Shown here one piece after another: positions 54,280 through 64,000 of a stretch of DNA of 64,000 nucleotides. The position numbers were made by a program, and so were the translations under genes. This stretch comes from an uncultured Verrucomicrobiae bacterium (GTDB taxonomy: Bacteria > Verrucomicrobiota > Verrucomicrobiia > Chthoniobacterales > Chthoniobacteraceae), in contig CAWHEP010000014.1 in the NCBI GenBank assembly GCA_963828525.1, positions 96,001 to 160,000 on the forward strand, given 5' to 3'. The notes beneath the pieces were generated by a model that saw only the letters and a program-made list of their open reading frames with translations, ran no database searches and was not told the DNA's origin. The first letter of the stretch is position 1. The number at the start of each line of letters is the position of its first letter.

Positions 54280-54383
54280 GCCTAACCACGCGCTCCGGCG
54301 AACAGGGGCTGGCGGTCGGCTCTTTCCTTGCGTTCCACGCCTATTTTCGCCAGCCTCTGTCGCTGAGCTTGGAGGTGTTCTCC
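54280..54383 (+). repeat. attC site 3
   Basis: GCCTAAC-CACGC-GCTCCGGCGAACAGGGGCTGGCG...CGCCAGCCTCTGTCGCTGAGC-TTGGAGGT-GTTCTCC. Confidence 0.85.
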
Positions 54384-54595
54384 TACGGATGAACCGCGCC
54401 TTGTGCTTAGAAACGGCAGAAACTGACAAAGCATAGTTAGGCTTGCCCGGCTCGGGAGGAACTGGCAGGCTGCCATCCATGCGGATGGCGTTCTATCCGT
54501 TTTCTCTCCCTGTGGCAAGTCGGATTAGACCGCCAAAATGGCGAAAACAATGCGCCAAGTTGCGGTCCACTACTTGTTAGGCGGATTTGCGATTT

Positions 54596-54832
54596 ATGGA
54601 AACATCATCCCAAAAGCAGAAGTTAGTTACAATTTACCTGGATAATTTGGCCTACGCGAAGGGCAAGGTTTTAGTCGGCAGTTTCGGCGATAAGCACGGT
54701 TTGATTGAGGAGCATTTGGAAAGTTATCTGTCAGATGGCTGGAGAGTTGCAGCAATCCACGGTTTTGGCGGCAACTCGGATGCCTTGAGTGTTCGCGGTT
54801 GGATTACTGTTTTGCTTGAAAAATCCGCCTAA
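54596..54832 (+). CDS. Cassette gene: small hypothetical protein (DUF4177-like motif)
   Basis: LEsYLSDGW.VAAI...VLLEK; stop TAA is inside the attC4 core; visibly more AT-rich than the flanks. Confidence 0.65.
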   Translation: METSSQKQKLVTIYLDNLAYAKGKVLVGSFGDKHGLIEEHLESYLSDGWRVAAIHGFGGNSDALSVRGWITVLLEKSA

Positions 54833-54919
54833 CAAATCGCTGCAGCGAACCCGGCTGGAGCGTCGCAGTTCCAATTCACACGTCTCGCGAGCCGGGTCGC
54901 TGAGCTTTTGTCGTTAGGT
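54827..54919 (+). repeat. attC site 4
   Basis: GCCTAAC-AAATC-GCTGCAGCGAACCCGGCT...AGCCGGGTCGCTGAGC-TTTTGTC-GTTAGGT. Confidence 0.9.
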
Positions 54920-54930
54920 GCTTTCCCGCC

Positions 54931-55249
54931 ATGCCTGTCCTCGCCTGCAAGCGTGTCATTTTCTACTCGCCCGCCGATGAGGCTGTCTTCTTCGCTTTCG
55001 CCGAGCGCATCACCGCCGTTCGCCGCGTACAGGGTGTCGGCGACAGCATTCTCCTCCACGTTACCGCCCGTCCATCCGCGACCGCGTTGCGCGATCTCTT
55101 GGCGTTGTTCCACCGCTACCGCATCCGGGGCATGTCCCAGTTTGCCACCTTGTCACCCCAGCCAACGCCGGTGGTTTACCGATTCGTCTGCTTACTGGCA
55201 TCGCCGTGTTTTTGCCCGTCCTCTTTCCACCTCCACGCCCAGCACCTAA
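54931..55249 (+). CDS. Cassette gene: hypothetical protein, frameshifted near 55140-55175
   Basis: MPVLACKRVIFYSPADE...LRDLLALFHRY; C-terminus WFTDSSAYWHRRVF...* lies in another frame and ends at the TAA of attC5. Confidence 0.65.
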
Positions 55250-55341
55250 CCACGCGCTCCAGCGAACAGAGGCTGGGGTCTGTTCCGTGGCAGCGTCCTT
55301 CTTCGCCAGCCTCCGTCGCTGAGCTTGGGTCCGTTTTAGGC
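55244..55341 (+). repeat. attC site 5
   Basis: ACCTAAC-CACGC-GCTCCAGCGAACAGAGGCTGG...CCAGCCTCCGTCGCTGAGC-TTGGGTCC-GTTTTAGGC. Confidence 0.9.
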
Positions 55342-55376
55342 CGCTGGGCCAATCATCCAACCATAGGTCGAATTCC

Positions 55377-55733
55377 ATGACGATTGAAGACTGTTATAGG
55401 AAGTATGGAGAGCCGCTTTACGTCGGTTCCAAACATTTAGTGTGGAAAGACACGGAGCGGAACAGTGCCTTCAAAGCGACACGCCCAGGCTACCTTACCG
55501 ACGGAACTATCATCTTTACTTCCCAGCCATGGCAGGAGCCAGCCGACGCCTCTTCGCCTCACCCTTCCACTGCGGAAATGACCGAGTGCTTGCAGAGTTT
55601 TGGGTTTTCGCAAGTGAACCTGAACGATTGGCAGCGTGTAGACGGGACCGTAGCTAGGGATGTAAAGCCCGGCGACTTTGTTAAGACGAAAGATGGCGTT
55701 GTTCCCATTGACGTTTGCCTCGAAAAGCCATGA
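55377..55733 (+). CDS. Cassette gene: hypothetical protein resembling a shortened polyvalent-protein kinase-like domain
   Basis: GSKHLV...K...IFTSQPW...P...EM...L..FGF...DVKPGDFV...G.VPID. Confidence 0.55.
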   Translation: MTIEDCYRKYGEPLYVGSKHLVWKDTERNSAFKATRPGYLTDGTIIFTSQPWQEPADASSPHPSTAEMTECLQSFGFSQVNLNDWQRVDGTVARDVKPGDFVKTKDGVVPIDVCLEKP

Positions 55734-55740
55734 CGACGTG

Positions 55741-55899
55741 GCCTAACCATGTGTTGGCGAAACGCCCCCCGTTTCACGGGAGCTGCTGTTCTGGCTTGTG
55801 CCTGTTTCTTCTGGTTGTGGCCCTATCCTGCGTCCGTAGCCTCTTTCTGCGCTCTACCTCCGCAGCTACCACGCGTCGCTGAGCTTCGGGTCGTTAGGC
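55741..55899 (+). repeat. attC site 6 (long variant, 159 bp)
   Basis: GCCTAAC-CATGT...AGCTGC...GCAGCT...GCGTCGCTGAGC-TTCGGGTC-GTTAGGC. Confidence 0.8.
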
Positions 55900-55957
55900 C
55901 CTCGCTACCCGGGTTTGACCTTGGATGTGCAAGTCAAATCAGATACCGCTGAATGGT

Positions 55958-56323
55958 ATGAACACGCTTCCCCCAGCAACAAACACGCAATCCCGCGGCC
56001 AGATCTACGTCCAAGCCGCTCTTTTTTCGCTGCCTGCCCTATTCTTCTGGGTGGCGGCTCGGGTATTTCTCCTGCCGAAGCTGGAGTATGACTGGCAGCG
56101 TTCATGCGCTGTGTCTTCGCATGCGCAATGGATTATGGGCATCGTTCAGACGTTTATCCATCACGGCGATATCCTTCTACTCGCGCTCGCCGGAGTGCTG
56201 CTTATGCTGGAGATGCGATTTGCCATCTACCGGCGCATCACTATCGGAACGACCGTCTTCGTCATCAATTCCGCGGTTCTCCTCGGGCTGATTTCGATGT
56301 GTGTGGCGGCGCTCATTAAGTGA
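55958..56323 (+). CDS. Cassette gene: hypothetical membrane protein (~3 TM)
   Basis: Three hydrophobic segments; ends 13 nt before attC7. Confidence 0.7.
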   Translation: MNTLPPATNTQSRGQIYVQAALFSLPALFFWVAARVFLLPKLEYDWQRSCAVSSHAQWIMGIVQTFIHHGDILLLALAGVLLMLEMRFAIYRRITIGTTVFVINSAVLLGLISMCVAALIK

Positions 56324-56336
56324 CTTCAGCCACCAG

Positions 56337-56438
56337 GATTAACAGCGCGTTTCAGCGAGCAGCTCATGGCAGTCAGGTTTCCCATGTATTCCATGCCCAC
56401 CCCGGCCTGAGCCGTCGCTGAGCTTGGGTCCGTTAGGC
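56337..56438 (+). repeat. attC site 7
   Basis: GATTAAC-AGCGC-GTTTCAGCGAGCAGCTCA...TGAGCCGTCGCTGAGC-TTGGGTCC-GTTAGGC. Confidence 0.85.
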
Positions 56439-56456
56439 GAATTTGCCCACCCTGCG

Positions 56457-56948
56457 ATGCAACTGACCATCCAGCCAGCCACTTTGGATGATTGTGAATG
56501 CGTCTCCGACATCCTCTTGGAGGCTGCGTCTTGGTTGACGCAGCACGGCAATCCTATGTGGCGAGAAGACGAGTTGGTTCCCAGCCGCATCCGTGAGGAT
56601 GTCGCTGCCGGGTTGTTCTTTCTCGCCGCCTCGACGTTTGAGCCGGTCGGCGCCCTCAAGTTCCAGCTCTCCGATCCGCTCTTCTGGCCCGATGTGCCCG
56701 ATGATGACGCGGCTTACGTGCATCGTCTTGCTATTCGTCGGCGCTTTGCCGGCGGCACTTTGTCTACTGCCCTGCTCCGGTGGGCAGCGGAGCGCGCGGC
56801 AGCATCGGGCTGTCGCTTCTTGCGGCTGGACTGCGAAGCGTCTCGCCCACGCTTGCGGGCCGTCTACGAGCGATTTGGCTTCCGGCACCACAGTGATCGC
56901 CAGGTTGGTCCTTACTTCGTCGCGCGCTACGAGTACCCAGTCGCCTAA
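56457..56948 (+). CDS. Cassette gene: GNAT-family N-acetyltransferase
   Basis: YVHRLAIRRRFAGG, LRLDC, LRAVYERFGF; stop TAA is in the attC8 core. Confidence 0.88.
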   Translation: MQLTIQPATLDDCECVSDILLEAASWLTQHGNPMWREDELVPSRIREDVAAGLFFLAASTFEPVGALKFQLSDPLFWPDVPDDDAAYVHRLAIRRRFAGGTLSTALLRWAAERAAASGCRFLRLDCEASRPRLRAVYERFGFRHHSDRQVGPYFVARYEYPVA

Positions 56949-57044
56949 CTACGCGCTACAGCGAACAGAGGCTGGCTGTGCGGCCTGTTTCGTGAATACG
57001 TCTATCTTCGCCAGCCTCCGTCGCTGAGCTTCGAGGCGTTAGGC
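56943..57044 (+). repeat. attC site 8
   Basis: GCCTAAC-TACGC-GCTACAGCGAACAGAGGCTGGC...GCCAGCCTCCGTCGCTGAGC-TTCGAGGC-GTTAGGC. Confidence 0.92.
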
Positions 57045-57061
57045 GACTTACCGCCATTCCA

Positions 57062-57235
57062 ATGACCACCAAAGAACTTTTCACCGTAGGAATTCGCGCG
57101 TTCACTCACTCCTCGACATATGTTGTCGTCGGTCTGTATCTGCTTGGGGGTGCGCCGCACATCGTCAGGCTCGTTTATCCTGCGGCGAGCACGATCCAGC
57201 CTCCTCCGCCCCTGACGGACACTCCCGTTTCCTAA
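57062..57235 (+). CDS. Cassette gene: 57-aa small hydrophobic protein (not in the ORF track)
   Basis: MTTKELFTVGIRAFTHSSTYVVVGLYLLGGAPHIVRLVYPAASTIQPPPPLTDTPVS*; starts 17 nt after R' and stops in the attC9 core. Confidence 0.6.
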   Translation: MTTKELFTVGIRAFTHSSTYVVVGLYLLGGAPHIVRLVYPAASTIQPPPPLTDTPVS

Positions 57236-57331
57236 TTACGCGCTCTGCGAACAGAGGCTCGCTGGTGGGCTTTACCTTACATTCCAGTCTTTTCTCACAA
57301 GCCTCTGTCGCTGAGCTTGAATCCGTTAGGC
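57230..57331 (+). repeat. attC site 9
   Basis: TCCTAAT-TACGC-GCTCTGCGAACAGAGGCT...AGCCTCTGTCGCTGAGC-TTGAATCC-GTTAGGC. Confidence 0.85.
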
Positions 57332-57349
57332 GGCTTCGCGCTGTGGTTC

Positions 57350-57378
57350 TTGCCGAGATCGGATCTATCCTTTATAAT
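57350..57378 (+). promoter_or_regulatory. Internal promoter of the TA cassette with palindromic operator
   Basis: TTGCCG-N17-TATAAT; the spacer contains AGATC-G-GATCT; ATG lies 10 nt after the -10 box. Confidence 0.7.
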
Positions 57379-57388
57379 CACCCTCATT

Positions 57389-57586
57389 ATGAGCGTTCAG
57401 GAGCTTGAGATTGCCGTGGCCCGACTTCCTCGAGAGGATTTTGCTCATTTTCAGGCGTGGTTCGAGGAGTTTGCTGCCGATGCATGGGACACGCAGATCG
57501 AGGCGGATGCTCGTGCTGGTAAGCTTGACCACCTCATCGCGCAGGCCGACGCCGATTTCGAGGCCGGCCGCTGCACGCCGATGTGA
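57389..57586 (+). CDS. Cassette gene: putative antitoxin
   Basis: MSVQELEIAVARLP...WF.EF...AWDTQIEADARAGKLD.L; acidic 65-aa ORF overlapping the toxin start (GTGA). Confidence 0.75.
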   Translation: MSVQELEIAVARLPREDFAHFQAWFEEFAADAWDTQIEADARAGKLDHLIAQADADFEAGRCTPM

Positions 57587-57853
57587 GGCATTTCGCCGCG
57601 CCAGCTTTCTGGTTTCACTACCGGCAGCTTCCCGAGGCTATCCGCGCGCTTGCCGACAAGAACTTTGGTCTTTTGTCCCGCGCACCCGCATCTTGGTTCC
57701 TTGCGCTTCCGGCCGGTCGGAGGTCCGCTTTGGTCAGTTCGTGTAGGGCTGCATTATCGAGCCTTGGCGCGCCAGCGGGTAGAAGGCTTTGTTTGGGCGT
57801 GGATCGGTCATCATTCCGCGTACGACAAGATTCTACGCTCACCACCGAAATAG
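57583..57853 (+). CDS. Cassette gene: RelE/ParE-superfamily toxin, frameshift near 57677
   Basis: FW..YRQLP..IR.LADKNF.LL then, in another frame, SLRF..VG..WSVRVGLHYRALA...VW.WIG.H..YD. Confidence 0.75.
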
Positions 57854-57856
57854 CCG

Positions 57857-57960
57857 CGCTAACCACCCCCTCCAGCCAACAGAGGCTGGCAGTGGAGTCG
57901 ATTCCGTGGTTACGTCTTCTCAGCGCCAGCCTCTGTCACTGAGCTTGGATTCGTTTAGGC
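57857..57960 (+). repeat. attC site 10
   Basis: CGCTAAC-CACCC-CCTCCAGCCAACAGAGGCTGGC...GCCAGCCTCTGTCACTGAGC-TTGGATTC-GTTTAGGC. Confidence 0.88.
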
Positions 57961-57995
57961 GACTCTGAGCACCGTTATTGTTGTCACAATGCATC

Positions 57996-58457
57996 ATGAA
58001 AAAACTTCTCGTCAAAATTTCCCTGTGCTTCACCTCCATCTCGGCCCTGTTATTCGTTGGCTATTCCGCTGGTTTAATTGTGCAGCACCAGCGCGAGGTT
58101 CGCTTTGCGGCCGACTGCCGGTTGTACCAGCATGTTACACTACATAAATAGCGTTCGCTTGGCAGCTATGACTCCGCCCGTCGAAAGATCGAATCACAGA
58201 TTGTCTATGGCGTCCGAGGCACTCAGGACCATACGGCAGCAGAAGATATTCCTCGCCTGCTCACAGCAGGCGCGTTCGATCAGTTTTACACCGACTGGCG
58301 CGACAAAGCTTTCGCCCTTGCTGTGGGATTCCATCGTGCCCGGCCAGAAGTTGTCTTTCCTCCCGAAATGCGACAGGCGCTGGACACTTTTGTGCCTGCT
58401 AACGAACTAGTAGGAGCGGCGACAAACTATTACGCACAGTACAAGCCTCGTCAGTAG
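57996..58457 (+). pseudogene. Last cassette gene: hypothetical exported/membrane-anchored protein with in-frame TAG at 58149
   Basis: MKKLLVKISLCFTSISALLFVGYSAG...HK*RSLGSYD...YKPRQ*: one frame throughout, ending 10 nt before a lone GCCTAAC core (58468-58474). Confidence 0.6.
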
Positions 58458-58502
58458 CCGCCCCGCCGCCTAACGGCGTCCTATCGCCAAATCAAGGCCG
58501 CC

Positions 58503-58910
58503 TTACAGCCCCAAATGCTGGAGCAATCCGCCGATGTTTTGCTGCACTTCATTGGTCGGGGGAATCTGACCATTCGGCGTGAGGTGGTTGATGATCTGCG
58601 GCAGGAGGACGGCAAGGGCGTTCGCCACTTCGTGATTCTGGAGACCGGCCTTCGCGGCGAGTTGCTGAATCTGGTCTGAACCCAACGCTTGCTGCACTTG
58701 AGGACCGCTGATGGGCTGATTCGGACCGTTTCCAACCCAGGATTGCGCGACATTGCCCAACCCAGATTGCTCAAATTGCTGCACCAGGCCGGCAAGGCCA
58801 TTGCCGGAGCTATGGTTTGTGACAAGGCCGATGGCGAGGTTTGCCAGCATCGCCTGGTTGGAATTGCCGCCGCCGAGGACAGAGCCAAGGATCGAATCGA
58901 GTAAACTCAT
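58503..58910 (-). CDS. YidB/DUF937-family protein
   Basis: GLAGLVQQFEQSGLG...SWVGNGPNQPIS, LPQIINHLTPNG. Confidence 0.88.
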   Translation of the reverse strand: MSLLDSILGSVLGGGNSNQAMLANLAIGLVTNHSSGNGLAGLVQQFEQSGLGNVAQSWVGNGPNQPISGPQVQQALGSDQIQQLAAKAGLQNHEVANALAVLLPQIINHLTPNGQIPPTNEVQQNIGGLLQHLGL

Positions 58911-58983
58911 ATAGTATTTAAGGGGTTGGGAATGTGAGGTTTGGATTATGCGAAAAGCTTCGCGATCCGGATAGGATTATATG

Positions 58984-60124
58984 CTATTCGAGATCTTCGC
59001 TCGCGCCTTTGCGATTTACCAGGCCTCGCAGCTTGCCATGGATGAAGGGATCAATCGCGCCATCCATCACGCTTTGTATATCTGTGCTCTCAACGCCGGT
59101 GCGGTGATCTTTGATCATCTGATACGGCTGAAAGACATAGGATCGTATCTGGCTTCCCCACGCCACATCGCCTTTTTCACCGTATTGCCGCTCGATCTCG
59201 GCGCGTTTCTTGTCCACCTCGACCTGGTATAACTTGGCGGCGAGCATCTTGAGAGCCGTCTGCTTATTCTTGAGCTGGCTCCTCTCCGCCTGGCAGGCCA
59301 CGACAATGCCGCTCGGAATGTGCGTGATGCGAACCGCCGTTTCGACTTTGTTCACATTCTGGCCGCCCTTGCCGCCGCTGCGGTAGGTGTCGACGCGTAG
59401 ATCCTTGTCGTCCACTGCGATTGGCTCGTCGTCCCGGAGTTCGGGCACGACATCCACGCTGGCAAAGGAAGTGTGGCGGCGCTTGTTTGCGTCAAACGGT
59501 GAGATGCGCACCAGTCGATGCACGCCTCTCTCCGTCTGCAGGTAGCCATACGCGTATTCGCCGACGACCTGCAAAGTGATCGATTTGATCCCAACCTCCT
59601 CGCCGAGCTGAATGTCAACGACCTGGCTCGTAAATCCGCTCCGCTCAATCCAGCGCTGATACATGCGCAGCAGCATATCCGCCCAGTCGCACGATTCCGT
59701 GCCGCCAGCTCCCGAGTGGATGGTGAGGAAGCCGTTCGCGCGGTCGTGCTCTCCCGCAAGGAGGAGGCGCAGTTCGAAATCTTCGAGGCTTTTCACGGTC
59801 GCCCCATACTCAGCCTGCAGCTCGGTTACCGTGGACGCCTGCGCGGTGGCATCCTGTTCTTCCAGCGCGAGTTCCTTCAGCGCCTGGACGTCGTCAATCC
59901 TTCGTTCGAGCCCGAGGAGGGGAGTGATCTTGTTCCGAAGCTGGGAGACTTCCTCGACCTGTTGCTGCGCGCGCTCCTTGTTCCCCCAGAAGTCGCTGCC
60001 GGCCATAAGGCCTTCAATCTCGGTCAGGCGCGCCTGAAGTCTTGGCAGGTCAAAGATACCTCCGCAATTCACCGACGCGGAGTTTGAGATCAACTGTATT
60101 TATTGCCTGCAGGTCAATGGACAT
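58984..60124 (-). CDS. prfB: Peptide chain release factor 2 with programmed +1 frameshift
   Basis: MSIDLQAINTVDLKLRVGELRRYL then CTT-TGA-C slippery site (60049-60055) preceded by GGAGG; SPF anticodon motif and GGQ. Confidence 0.96.
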
Positions 60125-60142
60125 AAATATTCAACGCGACGC

Positions 60143-60508
60143 TTAGCGCGCCATCTGGAATTCCGTTTTGTCGGGCTGTTGTGGCTCGATGCGGTAGATC
60201 GTCTCGCCGGGCTTCATCATATCCAGCCGATCCCGGGCGAGCGTCTCCATGTAGCCCGGGTCATGCTGAAGCAAATCCACTTCGCGTGTCCGACGCGTGA
60301 GAAGCGACTTCTGTTTATCGATATCGAGCTTCAGTTGATCCAGACGCGCTGTCTCCTCACGCTCCCGCTTGAGTTCCGGGATGAACGCGCCGATGATGAG
60401 CGCGACGACCGCGACGAGGATCAATGCCTTTACGAGCCGGTTAAGGTAGCTCCAGACTCCTTCTTCTGGTTGCCGATCCTTGAAAGCGCCGTAAGTCGAT
60501 TCACTCAC
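60143..60508 (-). CDS. Septum formation initiator (FtsB/DivIC family)
   Basis: Single TM, coiled coil, DPGYMETLARDRLDMMKPGE; follows eno as in many bacteria. Confidence 0.82.
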   Translation of the reverse strand: MSESTYGAFKDRQPEEGVWSYLNRLVKALILVAVVALIIGAFIPELKREREETARLDQLKLDIDKQKSLLTRRTREVDLLQHDPGYMETLARDRLDMMKPGETIYRIEPQQPDKTEFQMAR

Positions 60509-63751
<3,243 letters not shown>

Positions 63752-63939
63752 AGGGAGGGAAAGAGTAAAAGAGCTTTGCTCCCGTGGCGAATGAAATCTG
63801 CGATTCAGCGGCCATTGGGATGCTTCATGCGCCCTGTTCAGTCGGAGTTGACGCGAGCCCCAGCCGCGATTTTTCGCGCGCGCTGCAGAAGTTTGGACTT
63901 CAACCCCTTGAGCTGAAATCTGAAAGAACGAGGTTTTAC

Positions 63940-64000
63940 TTACTTCCGGCGAGCGGGCTTCGCGGTCGCCGCTTTCCCTACACCCCGGGCGGCTACGCGA
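63940..64000 (-). CDS. 3' end of a gene running off the window
   Basis: Minus-strand frame ...RVAARGVGKAATAKPARRK* with TAA at 63940-63942. Confidence 0.3.
   Translation of the reverse strand, partial: RVAARGVGKAATAKPARRK

Larger units (their letters stand above)
53133..58474 (+). mobile_element. Integron gene-cassette array with no integrase in the window (CALIN-like), about 10 cassettes
   Basis: Ten ~90-160-bp imperfect palindromes (YYTAAC...GCTGAGC-N7/8-GTTAGGY) alternate with short co-oriented ORFs whose stops lie in or just before the TAAC core. Confidence 0.92.

Noticed and set aside
54389..54436. Short ORF MNRALCLETAETDKA as a remnant of an IntI C-terminus
   Set aside because: Only MNR resembles the YTHVxNR motif; no SPLD or other recombinase motif, so too weak.
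53770..57942. ORFs sharing the peptide PNHALQRTEAG / LTTRSSEQRL (e.g. 53770-54072, 56593-57027, tails of 54931-55380 and 57583-57942)
   Set aside because: These are translations through attC DNA, not a repeated protein domain.
53133..57960. Repeats read as a CRISPR array or REP/BIME elements
   Set aside because: Units are ~100 bp, imperfect, and separated by gene-sized ORFs; no cas genes; they have R/L boxes and extrahelical bases typical of attC.
58149..58151. In-frame TAG as pyrrolysine or stop-codon reassignment
   Set aside because: TAG ends several normal genes here (e.g. 46799, 52765) and no pyl genes are present; a nonsense mutation or read error is simpler.
52925..58500. Direct repeat of the tRNA 3' end (attL/attR) bounding a genomic island
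   Set aside because: No second copy of CCCGTAGACTCCG found by eye downstream of the array.

Overview
GC-rich bacterial chromosome segment, most likely from the PVC superphylum (Verrucomicrobiota-like). This is inferred from the ~630-aa GreA, the orphan prepilin/H-X9-DG-type gene and the BlaI-M56 pair. Most of the window is core or housekeeping DNA: oppBCDF, trmD, ABC-F, TPR-alpha-2-macroglobulin-pbpC, folB, dciA, ferredoxin, an HlyD/ABC exporter, leuS, a split pta, hisJ-like, argG, tRNA-Asp, prfB with its programmed +1 frameshift, ftsB-like, eno and greA. The standout feature is a ~5.3-kb integron gene-cassette array (53133-58474) just downstream of tRNA-Asp. It has 10 full-length attC sites, mostly of one family, no integrase in the window (CALIN-like), and an unusually long 8-nt spacer between L' and R'. 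Its cassettes encode a GNAT, a toxin-antitoxin pair with its own promoter, a kinase-like fragment and several orphan exported or membrane proteins. Other notable items are an apparent YnbE-YdbL fusion beside a repeat-built YdbH-like lipid-bridge protein, a six-gene lipid-modification operon resembling the furan-fatty-acid (ufa) pathway, a secreted Cys/His-rich mini-protein, and an 82-bp inverted-repeat element (MITE or solo attC) beside a VapBC-type TA pair. Many single-base frameshifts, including in essential genes (leuS, eno), point to sequencing or assembly indels, so pseudogene calls are uncertain. All family assignments come from motif recognition, not database searches.
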